A program made the position numbers and the translations under genes. Of a stretch of 64,000 nucleotides of DNA, positions 14,150-29,574 are shown one piece after another. How positions within the stretch are numbered: position 1 is the stretch's first letter; the number at the start of each line of letters is the position of its first letter. Location of the stretch: NCBI RefSeq assembly GCF_009914755.1, contig NC_060940.1; one strand, 5' to 3'. The notes under the pieces are model-generated. The model searched no databases. It was not told where the DNA came from and saw only the letters and a program-made list of their open reading frames with translations. The stretch comes from the human T2T-CHM13v2.0 reference genome, Homo sapiens.

Positions 14150-14358
14150 TAGTTTTATTTATTATTATTATTTTATTTTTCCATAAGTTATTGGGATATA
14201 GGTGGTGTTTGGTTACATGAGTAAGTTCTTTAGTGGTGATTCATGAGATTTTGGTGCACCCAGCGCCCGAGCAGTATACACTGCACCATATTTGTAATCT
14301 TTTATCCCTCGCCCCTCTCCCACTCTTCCCCCGCAAGTCCCCAAAGTCCATTGTGTCT
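14150..14358 (-). mobile_element. L1 3' end fragment (L1PB/L1MA-like)
   Basis: GGTGGTGTTTGGTTACATGAGTAAGTTCTTTAGTGGTGAT..CCCCAAAGTCCATTGT after a T-rich tail. Confidence 0.8.
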
Positions 14359-14754
14359 GAATGTCCATCTTTCTGATGGAAGTCACAGACTCCCCCTTCG
14401 CCTCCTTCACATGCCTCAGGTGCTGTCAAATTGCCTCCTCTATCCTTCCCCTAAACACACATCTGTCCAGCCAGTGGTTCCCAAGCTGTAAAACTGCAGT
14501 TACATAAATTGTAAGGGTGTCAGGATCCTGTCACCATGCAGATTCTGGTTCAGCAAGTCTGGGGCAGGATACCCAGACTTCTCCAGCCCTTCCAGACAGC
14601 CCCAGACACCTGGGATTCTGCATTTCTAAGAAGCCCCCAAGTGATGGCCATGTTGCTGGGCCATACTTAGCTTAGCAAGACTGTAGATGAGTGGATCGCA
14701 ACCCTGACTGCACATTAGAGTCACCTGGGAAGCTTTTAAAAATCACTATTTTTA

Positions 14755-15085
<331 letters not shown>

Positions 15086-15910
15086 GAGTATTTAGAAAGC
15101 TCCCTGAGTGATTCTAGTGTGCAGCCGCAGTGGAGACCCACTGGTCTGGAGTATGCCGTCTCTTGGAGAGGCTGGGCAAGCCTTTGCACCTGCACCTGCA
15201 CCCCTTATTTTGTCCTGAGGATCCCATGACCCTCCCTCCCCAGAGAGGGACACTAACTCCAGAGACTTTTCCTAACTTTTCCAAAGGTACAAAGCTGGTA
15301 ACTGGTGGCACCAGGAATCAAACCCAGGTCACTCCTGTGACACCCACAGTTTTCTCATCTGTATAGTAAGGGGATGAGCAAAAGGAGGTTAGGCACGAGG
15401 ACCTATGTTCTTCAGCTGCAAAGATGATCTTATGGCTCATTTCTGCACTCCCTTGGGGAGAGTTCTGGATCCTCAGCCACCTGCCCTGCCTGGTTATTTC
15501 TGTAGAGCATCGCCAGCTGTGATGTACTCTAGGCCCAACAATCACAGCAACAATCTCCTCTATTTTACAGATGAGGAAACCAAGACACAGAGAGAGAACA
15601 TGACTTGCCTAAGGTCACACAGTGAGTATTTAGTGGGGCTCAGACTCCAACTCTGGAACAAAAGGAAAGGGTGACTTTGGAGTGGTCCTGGACTGGAGAT
15701 TTAACTGGTCTGCGGGTCTGTGTGTTCCCTGGAGAGAGAGAGACCCTCAGGAAGGCAGGAGGGCTGTGCACCCTTCTTGGGCTCTGCTTCTGCCCCCAAC
15801 CCTACCCTTCATGGCCAAAGCTAGGCCTGAGGACCTGTGATGCACTCTAGGCACATCCAGAGCTTCCAGGAAAGACCATTCAGTGGCTGGTTTGGTAAAG
15901 ATCATCTCTC

Positions 15911-16224
<314 letters not shown>

Positions 16225-16677
16225 TCATCCCGGGGCAAGGCTCAGGAAGTTCCAGGGACTGCTGGTCTTTGTCCTGCCTCCCAATTACCCCAGTGAAGAA
16301 CCCTCCCCTTGGCCCTTGGAAGCCACACCTGGAGGCTCATCCCACACACACCCCAACCTAGCTGTCCAGAAAGAGACCTTTGCCCTGGGAAGGAGAGAAC
16401 AGTAGAGGAGCTTTCCCCAGGGAAGAAAGGCCAACTGGGGACCCCTTGGTTAGGAGCCTGGGGCCAGAGGCATCAGTGGTCCTCATGGGACCCTTAGTCC
16501 TCCACCTCCCACTCCCCAACACACACCCACACATACTTCAGCACAGGGTCAGAGCTGAGGGAGGTGTCTGAGGTTGTCTGGAAGGGCTGGAGAAGTCTGG
16601 GTATCCTGATCCTAGAAAGGGACCGTCCCTGCATCAGAGTGACCACAACCCTGGAACTTAAAAAATAGCAATTATAT

Positions 16678-17000
<323 letters not shown>

Positions 17001-17286
17001 CTACACTTGCCTGGCACGTTACGGTCTCACTGAATTCTGTCTCATTGGATTCTCACAACCATCCCATAAAGCAAATACTAAGTCTATCCTATTTTACAGA
17101 GAAGGAGAGCAAGGGCCAGAGGATTGAGTGATTTCACCTAGGCAGCCGCTGAGCGGCTGGGATTCAAACTCATGGCCATGACTCCATGCCTGAGGTTTGA
17201 CAATGGAGTCAGCCACACCTGCCTCTAACCAGGAGATCCTTGAGGGGATCCCTCAAGGATCCTGATATGTTTCCATATCAACCCCC

Positions 17287-17751
17287 TGTGGCACATGGTA
17301 TTTTCTAAAGACAGCCATCACAGTATCTTCCGTCCCACATGCTCTTCCTATTATGTGACGGTGACACCCCTCTGTGACTACAACAGAAGTGACATTATGT
17401 GACTCCCAAGGCAAGGGCCTGAAACAGATGATAACGCTTCCACTTGCCTCTCTTGAAATGCTCACTCATGGAACCCTATGCCATGCCACTAGGAAGCCCA
17501 GGCTACAAGGAATGGTCTCAGGTAGGTGTTCCAGCTGACAATTCCAGCTGAGGTTCCAGATGACAGCCAGCGTCCAGTGATAGCCATATGTTCAAGAAAG
17601 CCTTCTAGACAATTTCAGCCACCACCATGATCTGACTGCAACTGTATGGGAAACACTGTGCAACACCTGCCCTCGATGAGCCCTGAGGACCCCGGAAGTG
17701 TGAGGGATAAGTTTTGGGGTGATCTGCGATGCAACATAAATAACTGGAACA
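17287..17751 (+). mobile_element. MaLR solo LTR (MLT1G/H-like)
   Basis: TGTGG start; AAGTTTTGGGGTG..GCAACATAAATAACTGGAACA MLT1-type end. Confidence 0.65.
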
Positions 17752-18135
17752 CCCTCCCTCCGCCAGTCCTCACACACTCCTGGCCCAGCCAGATCCCTGA
17801 ACAGCTGGCGCTCCTTCAATGTGTCTTTCATTCACGAGCACACTGACATGCATGGGCAAACCTGGGTATTCTGATCCGTTTGTCCAAACAGCCTGGACTG
17901 TGAAAATAAACACCCAGATGGCAGGTGTTGACACACATACCCTGACATGGGTCTATTTCGGGGCCTTCAGGCCTCCCACTGTGCACTGAGAGGTCTCCAC
18001 CTGGGCAGGGAAAGACTTCGTTTAACATTTTGCAGTCTTGTGTTGGGTGTGGAATGAGGATAAAGCATGTAGAATCAACCTGTGATGGATCCTTGGCCTT
18101 AATCAACTTCTTCAGGGCTCTCCTGATCCCTGGCC

Positions 18136-19305
18136 TTTTTTTTAAAGATAGCTTTATGGGGATATAATCCATACACCATGACATTTGTCCTTTTAAAGTG
18201 TGTAAGTCAGTGGTTTTAAGAATACCTACAGTTGTGCAATCATCACTATAATCTAACTTTTTTTTTTTTTCATACAGGGTCTTGTTCTGTCACCCCGGCC
18301 GGAGTGCAGTGGTGTGATCATGGCTCACCACAGCCTCAACCTCCTAAGCAATCCTCCCACCTCAGCCTCCTAACTGGGACTACAGGCAGGTACCACACCC
18401 GGCTAATTTTTTTTTTTTTTTTGGTAGAGATGGTGGGGTCTCACTATGTTGCTCAGGCTGGTCTTGAACTCCTTGCCTCAAGTAATCTGTCTGCCTCGGC
18501 CTCCCAAAGTGCTGGGATTACAGGCAGGACCGCACTCTGCCTAGAATCTAACTTTAGAACATTTTTTATCATCTCCCAAAGAAACCCTTTGCCAATAGCA
18601 ATCACTCCCCATTCTCCACTCCCCGGCCGAGGCAACCACAAATCTGCTTTGTCTGTTTGTGGATTTGTCTATTCTGGACATTTCATCTAAATGGAGCCAT
18701 GTAATATTTGTCTGAGACTGGCTTCTTTCACTGGGCATAATATTTTCCAAGTTTGTCCATACTGTAGCATGTATCAGTACTTCCCACCTTTCTTTTTTTT
18801 CTTTCTTTTTTTTTTTGGAGGGGGGATGGAATCTCCCTCTGTCACCCAGGCTGGAGTACAGTGGCGCAATCTTGGCTGCAACTTCCGCCTCTTGGGCTCA
18901 AGTGATTCTCCTTCCTGCCTTCCGAATTGCTGGGATTACAGGTTCTTGCCACTACGCCTGGCTAATTGTTATATTTTTAGTAGAGACAGAGTTTTGCCAT
19001 GTTGGCCAAGCTGGTCTTGAATTCCCGACCTCAAGTAATCGCCCGCCTTGGCCTCCCAAAGTGCTGGGATTACAGGTGTGAGCCACCACAACTGGCCAGT
19101 AATTCGTACCTTTCTATGGCTGTATAATATTCTATGTTGTGTGGATATACCACATTTTGTTTTTCCATTCATCAGTGGATGAACATTTGCGTGGTTTCCA
19201 CTTTTTGGCTATTATGAATAATGCTGCTACGTACATTTGTGTATGTTTTGTGTGGCCATATGTTTTCATTTCTCCCGGGTAGATATCTAGGAGTGGAATT
19301 GCTGT
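18136..19305 (-). mobile_element. Old L1 (L1M) 3' region interrupted by an AluJ (18257-18541) and an AluS (18788-19098)
   Basis: L1M motifs (ATTCTGGACATTTCAT, GTGGATATACCACATTTTG, CTAGGAGTGGAATTGCTG) around two antisense Alus. Confidence 0.8.
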
Positions 19306-20829
19306 GACCCCTGGCCTTTGTACTCTGCCTCCTTGGCTAGGGATCTAGTATCTTCCTTGACAGGCCCAACTATCTCATCCTTCAGGTTTCTTAAAGGAAG
19401 CCTCGCTGACTCCCATGGCTGAGTTGGGTCTTCTGTGCCACCCTACCTCCAATCTTTGCACATTTCATATGGTGATATGATGGCCTGGGTCCTGATCTTG
19501 GCCCCCACAGGTGAGCAACTTGAGAGAGACTATCTGCTTTGGTTCACCACTGTCCATCCCAGTGCCTGGCTCTCCTGCTGCTGGAAAGACAAGAGACAGA
19601 TTCTGAGGCCAGAGCAATCAGGAAAGTCTTCCTGGAGGAAGCGGGGCTGGAGTTGGGTTGATAGGTTGGTTTGCCCCAGAGCGGGGCAGAGGGCTTTGAT
19701 TGGCTTCGGTGGAAGAAAGGTGAAGAGAGCTTGGAGAAAGGAAAGATGGATGGGTGACAGGCAGGCAGAGAACAAAGCTCAGAGCCCCGGGGGCTGTTTA
19801 GTCTCGGCCCCTGTAAGGCTGCAAAGTGCCAGTGACTCAGACGTGGAGGGAGGCTCACAGGCTGCAGCGCGCGAGGCTCCCACATTAACCCTCACCTGCC
19901 TGGAATCGAAAAGCCACAATGGAAGCACTCGGCATTAACCCTCAGCTGCCCAGTCCTTGAGCCCCAGGGCCAAGGGCTGTGGACATGGCCTTGAGATCCC
20001 CGGGAAAGCCCCGCCCCCCAGAATCTGGTTACGTGAGGCTCAGCCTTCTGATGCCCGGTGGTGAACTTGCCCAGAGAGCACCTAAATACCGCGGAGTGGC
20101 CAAAGGCTTGAGCGCCCAGCGACAGACAAGTGTCCTAAGAATTGGTGCCTCTTCTAGGGAAAAGGAGGCCTGGGCTCCAAGGCCTTAAAGACTCGCCTAA
20201 TTTTCCGCACGGATGAGTAGACCCAGGCCCAGTTCGGATCCGTCTTTATCTTATCGTCTGTGTCAGAGAAATATGTCATATTTCCAATCTCTGGCGGCAA
20301 GAAAATGCCGAGCTCTTTTGCTATTGAAAAAAAAAAGGGAAGAAAACACTGCGGCCCTAATCCTGCCCAATACAACCCAGAACCCAGCCTTGGGTGTTGC
20401 CCCGAGGGCGCAGCGCCGCTCCCATCGGCGCTGGGGGTCCAAGCGGCCCTGGGGCCCCGCAGGCCCGGGCTGAGGCCACCCCTCTGTTCCCGCGTCGGTG
20501 GCCCTGAGCGCACGGCGCTCGGAACTCGGAGGTGCCAGAGGCTCGGGCAAAGCAGGCCTGGGGAGGGCGCGAAGCCGCGTTGTTCCGATCCTCAGCCACC
20601 TGAGTCCCAGCCTGGAACCTTCGGACCCTCGCGTTCGGCCCGAACGTTCGGGCCCCCTCGGTGCCAGGCGCCCCGAGTGCCGCGGCGCGCCGGGCGCGGG
20701 CTGGGAGCGGCGGACTGCGGGCGGGACAGCGCCCCCGCTCCTCCCGTGGGAGAGCGCGCGCCCCTCCAGGAAGCTCCCGCCTCGCCTCCCACTTCCCTCC
20801 CCACTCCCCTCCTCGGCCGGAGGGAGGAG

Positions 20830-21060
20830 CCCGAGCCGCCGCCGCCGCCGCCGCCCGCCCGCCCGGCCCGGGAGGAGGACCGGACCCCGAGCGGCTGGGA
20901 GCGCACGCGAGCGGGCCGTGGCCGCGCGGGCAGCGCCCTGAGCCTGTCCCGCGCCCGCGGGCCCGGCCGAGCAGGAGCAGCTCCCGGGGATGCCCGGGCG
21001 GCTCGGAGCGCGGGCAGCGGCAGCCGTGCGGTGAGGGCGGTGGCGCCCGCGGGACCTGCG
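20830..21060 (+). other. CPNE2: CPNE2 non-coding exon 1 (start approximate)
   Basis: Strong donor GCG|GTGAGT at 21061 within the CpG island; exon 2 has an acceptor 35 nt before its ATG, so an upstream exon is required. Confidence 0.75.
20835..20855 (+). repeat. (GCC)7 trinucleotide repeat at or near the CPNE2 TSS
   Basis: Direct count of seven GCC units followed by GCCC-type units. Confidence 0.95.
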
Positions 21061-23494
21061 GTGAGTGGGGCCCGGGCAGGCGGGGCAGCTTGGCGTGAGT
21101 GCCCAACTTCGGCCTTGGGGCTGGGCTCTTTGATCCAGCTGCGGGTCCGAAGGAACCCGGGTTCCGCCTCGGGGGGCTGCGGCGCTCTAGCCCCCGCCGC
21201 CAGCGCGAACCCGGACTCCGGCGCTTCGGTGACTCAGCTCCGACCCGGCCACGCGGGGGCGCCCCGCCGGCTCCCGGACTGCGGGGAAGGGCGGGCGGGG
21301 TCCCTGGGGAGGGGGGCGCCCTCGGGGGTCCGAGCCCAGCTGCTTTGGGGACCCTTCCACCCGCCCCGAGGGGCTTGGAGGGCGTACGGGAGGTGGAGAC
21401 CCGCCGCTGCCGCAGCTGCTGAAGGCGTGAGGTCGCCCTGGCTCTCGGCGGGCGCTGGCTCCTCTCCGCTCCCCTCTGCCCTCCTCCCACCCCTCAACAC
21501 CCACCCCCTGCCCCAGGCAACTGCCGGAGGGCCGGCTCCCAGCCCCGGTACTGGGAGCGCAGAGGGGGAGTGGAGCTGGGCAGCTTCCCAGAAGTCGGAG
21601 TGTGTTTGCAAACTAGTTTTTGCGAAAAAGCTGTCTGGCACCTGTGTGTTTAAAGGGGGTGTGGGGGTGGGCATGGAGAGAGCGGGCGAACAAGGCCCTC
21701 TCTTATTCCCCGTTTCTCACAGCGATGCTCCTCTGAAAATAGAGGGGTCTTACACCCTCTTCCCTGCTCTTCCCACCCCATCCCCCAGCCTCGCTCCACG
21801 TCCCCCCGAGTTCAAGAAGCTCTCCTATGGGGAAGGGGCTGCTTCAAAGGGGGCTGTGATTTGCCCAAGGTCACAGATGCTGCTGGCTCTGGTAGCTAAT
21901 AGGGTGTTCATCTTGCATCTGAATCCCCTGCCCCATATGTACTGGGGGAAGGGACAAGGGGTCTGGAAGAATGATCTTCCAGACAAAACGCCCTTTTTTT
22001 TGTCTGCCTTAGTTTTTTGCTCCCTTAGAGGTGTGTGCTGTCATCAAAGGTTGGGGGGCTTTTTCTGCCCCTTGGGCATCCACAGCTTCACGGACTGCAG
22101 GGAGCCCATGGTTTTCAGGAAACAGGCGGTGTGCGCAGATTGTAATCCCTGGCAGCTGCAGCCTGCCCTGATGGGGAGGCCTGGGAGACCTGGGTCTGAA
22201 CCCCACCTATGACCAACAGGGAACTTGGCCCAGACCCTCCCCCCCTGTGGCCCTCTGGGTCACCATCTGTGAAATGGGCTGATGTTCCGGGGCCTGCCTC
22301 CTGGAGAATGGACACAGCATGAAGGCGTGGTTTTATGGCATTCCGCCTGGCATAGGTCCAGGTGAGCTCCAGGACCGCCCCAGCCAGCTGGATTGGAAGG
22401 GGTCACCCAGGCAGGTTTCTCCATGGAAAGAACCAGGGACGAAGGATGTGGACGCTTGGGTTCGTTTTGCGGCCGTCACTTCCTGTCTGCGTGCCTTGTC
22501 ACCCCTTGGACTTGGGGGGTTTTCTGTCTGTAAAATGAGGCAAACTGTGACATGATCCAGCTTACAGTAGGGCGGCTGGGAGGCTGGAACTGGGGAACAG
22601 GGAGCAGACGTTCTGCAAGTAGGGAGCACTTCATGAGTGGCAAGTGTGGTGTCTCTGGTGGTGTTCCAACGGACACTCCCTCTGGAATGTCATGAGAATT
22701 AAAAACTGGGGCATAAGGGAAGAAGATGGCTGAGAATGGAGCCTCGGTTTCTATGTCTGTAAAACAGTAAGTACTGGACCCCATCTGGTCCTCCTCCCAG
22801 TCCTCAGTTTTTATATCTATACACCTTCATATTCTTTTCAGGTAATTGTGTATTTCTGCAAAGGTAGGATTAAATTAGATTGCAAGGACTCGGGTGCCAG
22901 CACTTATTGGTACGTGGTGAGTGCCTGGTTAACTGTCATTGTCATTATCCATGGGAATATTAAGAAGCCTGATGTGGGTGACTGCATCCAGGATCCTTTG
23001 TGGGGTTGTCTCAGGCCAGCTTGCTCCTCCCCCTCCCGTCAGGACTTCTGGGCTGTTCTAGGGGCAGGGGCCTGGGGTGAAAGAAGACCAGGAGAAGTGG
23101 TAGGTCTCATCCAGGTGTCCCCATTTCCCCACATCTGGCTGGCCTCACAGGGCTCTAAGGAGTGAACAGAAAACAAAAGAGCACTCTCTAGTAATTTTCT
23201 CCCTCCTGTCAGAGCAGGAGGCATCATCGCCAGGCACGGTCCCGATCTGAGAAGCCCTCAGCTCAGGGTCAGGGTGCCCCCAGCCTGATGGAGGTCTCTG
23301 TCCCTCTCCCCTCCCCTGAACCTTATTCATAGATGGCACTGGGGCTACCGAATCAGGAGCAAAACACCTTGAGGACCCAGCTCCTTCCCCCTTGCAGAAT
23401 ATGGCCTCAGGGAGTGGAGGTGGGATCTCCCCCAACCCTGCCAGACACGGTGGTGTGGGCTCTGTGGGAGCTGGGATGCCAGGTCACCCTGTGA

Positions 23495-24034
<540 letters not shown>

Positions 24035-24679
24035 ATGGAACATTTCTTACTTATCTGGCCACACTTGCTCTGAGGTCTGCAATGAGACTGACTAGTGAGA
24101 TTGTGTCACCATCCCTCCTCACTGCTGCATCTCCTGGTTGTATTTTTCTTGGGGCATTTGCCACTCTTTAAAACCATCTTCTTTACTCATTGGTGCACCA
24201 GCTTATCTGCCTCCCTCCCCAAAGGGTGTCAGATCCACAAAAAGGCAAGAGCAAACAGTGTCTGTCTTGTTTAGGGCCATGTCCCAGCACTTAGAACAGT
24301 GCCTGGCACATTGTAGGTGCTCAGTAAATCCTTGTGTGAGGAATGACTGCACCTGCCCCTCTTTGCAGCCTCCTGTTAAATGAGTCTGTGATGTTGAGTG
24401 ATGGATCCTGGGAGAATTACGAGCTTGCCCTCTTGAGTCTCTGGAGGGATCTCTGGCTTACCATACTGAGTGCTGGAAGGAGCATGGCCTTGCTGACAGC
24501 TGGATTTCAAACTTGTAGCCTACAGAACTGTGAGAGAATCTAAGCCATCCAGTGTGTGGTGCTCAACTAGCCCATGGCCAACCAGAGTTTGAAACCCAGT
24601 AGCTCAGCTCCCAGCATTCACTGCACTCTTACAATACACTTTTCTCAGGTTGGGCATGTCTCTGAAAGACTGATGGGAG

Positions 24680-25088
<409 letters not shown>

Positions 25089-27229
25089 TCAGGCAGGCCA
25101 GATATCCTCAGCTCCTGATAAGACACAAAAGCCTGCAGGGATACAGTAGAGTTGTAGGGAGAATGGGCTTCTGAACCACACTAGGCATGTCCACACCACA
25201 GGGCCTTTACACATGCTGGGGAACAGGTAGAGGAAACAGCGCATGCAAAGGCCCTGTGGTGGGGACATGCCTAGCTTGGTTCAGGAGCCCATTCATTCAT
25301 TCATTCAAAAATATTCACTGAGTACCTGCTGGGCACCAGCTATGGCTGGGATACAGCCATGAACGAGAGAGACCAATGCCTTGCTCTCCTGGGGCTCCTG
25401 GTCTATTAACATCCCAGCTCAAATGTGGCCTCCTCCACACTGCCCTATCACAATCACTTCACCCTGCTTTATTCTCTTTATGACATTTTCCACTCTCTGA
25501 GATTTCCTGCCCTTGTCATTTGCTCACCTCTCTGTTCCCCCAACTCCATCCCGAACTCCTATGCCCAGAGCCTGAGTGTGTCTTGATCATGGTTGCCCCT
25601 CCAGCACACAGCAAAGTCCCTGGTCCAGAGGAACTGCTTAAGAAACATCTGTTGAACAACCAAATGGATGGCTGCATGGTGAGGGAAGCTCTCCTGGAAG
25701 GTGGAGACCCAAAGTCCCAAGTGAAAGAGGGATTACATCTGTGCACAACCCTCTTCAGTGTACCAGCTTTTCACTGCTGCCTTAAGAACATCATGAAGAA
25801 AGTAGTGGGGACAGCTCTAGTTAGCAGCAGCTCCATTTCCTGTATGAAGAAACTGAGGCTAGAGAGGTTAGGACACATGGCCCAGGTTGCATAGGGAATG
25901 GGTGACTTTCTCCAGCACACCTCAGTCCCTTGGGTGGGCAGGCAGTGGCAGCAGGTGACGTCCCACCCAGGGGACCTCACATCCTCCACCTCCCCAGCCC
26001 CCAGTCTTTCAGTCCTAGGCAAATCCACCTTCTCTCAGACGTACAACTTTCCCCATTCCCTCCTCCATGGGAGTCCCCTGCCCTCTGAGCCTGGCCAGAT
26101 CCACTCCCAAGGTCCCCTAAGTACTCAGAGTCTCCGGAGAGCCACAGCACTCCGTGCCTATCCCCATGTGGAGCTTCCTGGGAGGCCGGAGGGGAAGGAG
26201 CTGAGGCCCAGGAGGGAGGAGTGGCAGGAGAGGACAAAACCCAGTCCCTAGACTCACAGGAAGTACAGTGGAGGCTGCCTCTCAGCCTGCTAGGTCAGCC
26301 CCTATAAGTGACACAAACCTTCCAGTGCAGGATGAGCTGAACCTGGGGCCTGGGAGGGTGGGGGTGGGGGTGTCCCAAGGGAAGCCACCTCCCCTAAGAG
26401 CCAGAGCTTAGTGATTAAGCGGGCACTACAGAGAATGACCTCCCTCTGAATGTGGTCTGGTGGAAGCTGGGGGTCCCCAGGGGGGCCTCAGGGCCAACCC
26501 CTGCTGCAGCCTCCTCGCCATGCTGTCTGCATCTGTATTTATCCCCGTAATGGCCTGGCTGCCTGTTGGAGTGTGGTGTCTTTGGAGCACAGCAGCCGGT
26601 GCCGTAGCCTCGGTGCAGAAATGATTTGTGTCAAGGTGCCGCCCCCACCTGGTCAGGAGTGCCAGCCTGCTCCCCGGGGGCTGCCTGTCGCCTGGCAGGA
26701 GCTGGTGCAGCAATGGGCATGCGGCAAGGGCCCCAGAGAATAAGGCTTGTGGCTGGACCCTGCCCACCAGAACCAGGATGCAGGATGTTGGGGCAGCCAG
26801 GCTGTGGCCAGGGTTCCTGTGTGGCTGGAAAGTGGGGCCAGATAAACTCTAAAGTCTTTTAGCTCTGAGACTCAAAGAACTCATGACTCTGAAATCCCAG
26901 AATTCCCAAATTCTGGAATTCTGTGAACCTCTAGTCCCGGGCCTCTACAATTCCAAGATGTTATGGTTCCTCTTCCTCTCACCTTTTCACTCTTCCTCAT
27001 TTTCAACAAACTTGTGTCGAGCTTCCATTCTGTGCCTCTGGGTGTTGGGAGCAACGAAATGGAAACAGGGTTTGGTTCCATCTTTAAGCTCCAGTGAGGG
27101 CGACGCTTCTAAGCCAATGGTTACAGTATGCTGATATTGTAAGTGATTCCCTCTCAAGGACCAGGGAAATAGGAAGGGCTTTGTAGAGGAGTCCCTGGAT
27201 TATTGGTTTTGGTGTTTTTTGTTTTTTGT

Positions 27230-27850
27230 TTTACCACATTGAAGTGTAACATGAAATAGAGCAGACATTCTACATGGACCAGTCAATGACTGTTCACAAA
27301 CCAACATATCTGGGTCACCAGAACCCAGATCAGAAACAGACACGACCAGCACCAAAGCCCCCGGTGTCCCCTTCTTGTCAGTAACACCCGTCCACGTGTC
27401 CTACTGCTATCCTGACTTCCAGCAGCATAGATTTGTTTTGTCCATGTTTAAGGGCACCTAAGTGAAATCATATAGGATGACATACTCCTTTCTCTCTGGC
27501 CCCCTTCACACAGCACGTGTGAGACCCATCCGTGTTATTGCTACCTGTGTTCTTCCTTCAAGTTGGCTGTATGTGGTCTGCTGTGTGTTCATTCACCAGT
27601 TATGTCTCCCTTCTTCCAATCATGGGGGTTTGGGTGGGGAGTTCCAGTTGGGATTATTTGGATTAGCACTGCCATGAACATTCCTGTGTGTATCTTTGGG
27701 TGAACATACGTGAGTGTTTTCGTTGGGCACTAATGTTTCTCCTAAGTGGTTGCACCAATTTCCACTCCCTCTGGCAACCTGTGTGTGTTCCAGTTGCTCT
27801 GCATTATTGCCAACACATGGTATGGTCAGCTTTTTAAAATTTTGGCCGTC
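27230..27850 (-). mobile_element. Old L1M fragment
   Basis: L1M 3' motifs (CTATCCTGACTTC..AGCATAGATT..TTTTG; GGTTGCACCAATTT..CACTCCC). Confidence 0.65.
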
Positions 27851-27877
27851 CTGGGGGTGGGGGTGGGTGCATAGTGC

Positions 27878-28474
<597 letters not shown>

Positions 28475-29195
28475 GCATTTGGTTTTACTGAGCTGAGTTT
28501 GAAGAAAGAAATCACTAAGTGAAGAAGGGGGAAGGGCATTCCAGGCAGATGGAACAGCATATGCAGAATTAGGGAGGCACGAAAAATACTTGCTGAAACT
28601 GTGTGTGGCAAACAGCAGAGCTAGAGCCAAAAGTGTGAGGGAGGGGACTTTGAGAGCTTCATCAGGGAACCTGGATGTTGTCCTGAGAACAGCCGAAAGC
28701 CATGGAGAGGTTTTTCTCATTTTGAGCCAGTATCTGCAGTGCGTCAAGCATTTTGTAATTTCCATGTGTTGGATGAGAAAACTAAACTGAGACACAGAAG
28801 GACCAATGACTTGTCCAGAGTCACATTAGTGGAGGCCCAATAGGTAGAGTGGTATTGGGCTGGGAGCCAGAGGACCAGAACCATGTGGGTAAGTGATTCA
28901 ACTTCCTAGCCTTGGTTTACTCACCTGGAGAATGGGAGTGCTGATGATAACACCTCATTTGGGGATGTTGTGAAGCTATAGAATTTCAAGGACCTGGGAC
29001 AGGCATTATTATTCTCATTTTATTATGGTTATCTCTCCATCAGCATGGCCACACCCACCTTCACCCTTCTCTTGCAGCTGACAGGGTGGGGGTGGGCTCT
29101 CTGAGCTCCCACACTTAAGAAGGGCTAGCCCAGAGCTCCTGCCCTAACACCCTGTTTTCCTGCCCCATGACAGATCTCCTAGGAACTAAAGATTG

Positions 29196-29574
29196 CTATG
29201 ATGGTTAATTTTATGTGTCAGCTTGGCAAGGCTTTGGTGACCAGTTGTTTGGTCAAATAAAGGTAGTTTTTAGATGCAGTTAACATTAAATCAGTAGACT
29301 TTTGAGTCCAGCAGCTTACCCTCCATTATGTGTGGCCCTCATTCAATTGATCAGAGGCCTTCAGGGCAAAGACTAAGGTTTCTCAAAGACGGAATTCAGC
29401 CCCAAGACTGCAGCATAGAAACCCTGCCTGGGTTTCCAGCCTTCTGGCTTGCCCTACAGATTTTGGACTTTCCAGCCCCGACAATCGCATGAGCTAATTC
29501 TTGAAAATACATTTCTCTCTCTGCATAGATAGATATCCTATTGGTTCTGTTTCTCCAGAAAACCTGGACTAATA
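29196..29574 (+). mobile_element. MLT2 (ERVL) solo LTR
   Basis: TGATGGTTAATTTTATGTGTCA..CTTGG start and CCTATTGGTTCTGTTTCTC..GACTAATA end. Confidence 0.85.

Larger units (their letters stand above)
20380..21470. promoter_or_regulatory. CPNE2: CpG island / promoter of CPNE2
   Basis: Very high GC and CpG density; GC boxes; no TATA; contains exon 1 and its donors. Confidence 0.92.

Noticed and set aside
20357-21490. 377-aa antisense ORF
   Set aside because: Same CpG-island stop-codon depletion; no domain or splice support
20260-22212. 650-aa ORF spanning the CpG island
   Set aside because: It starts at GTG, has low-complexity P/G/A/R content with no recognisable domain, and crosses the presumed TSS and exon-1 donor. 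Long open frames are expected in very GC-rich DNA. Ribo-seq or PhyloCSF signal would be needed to revive it.
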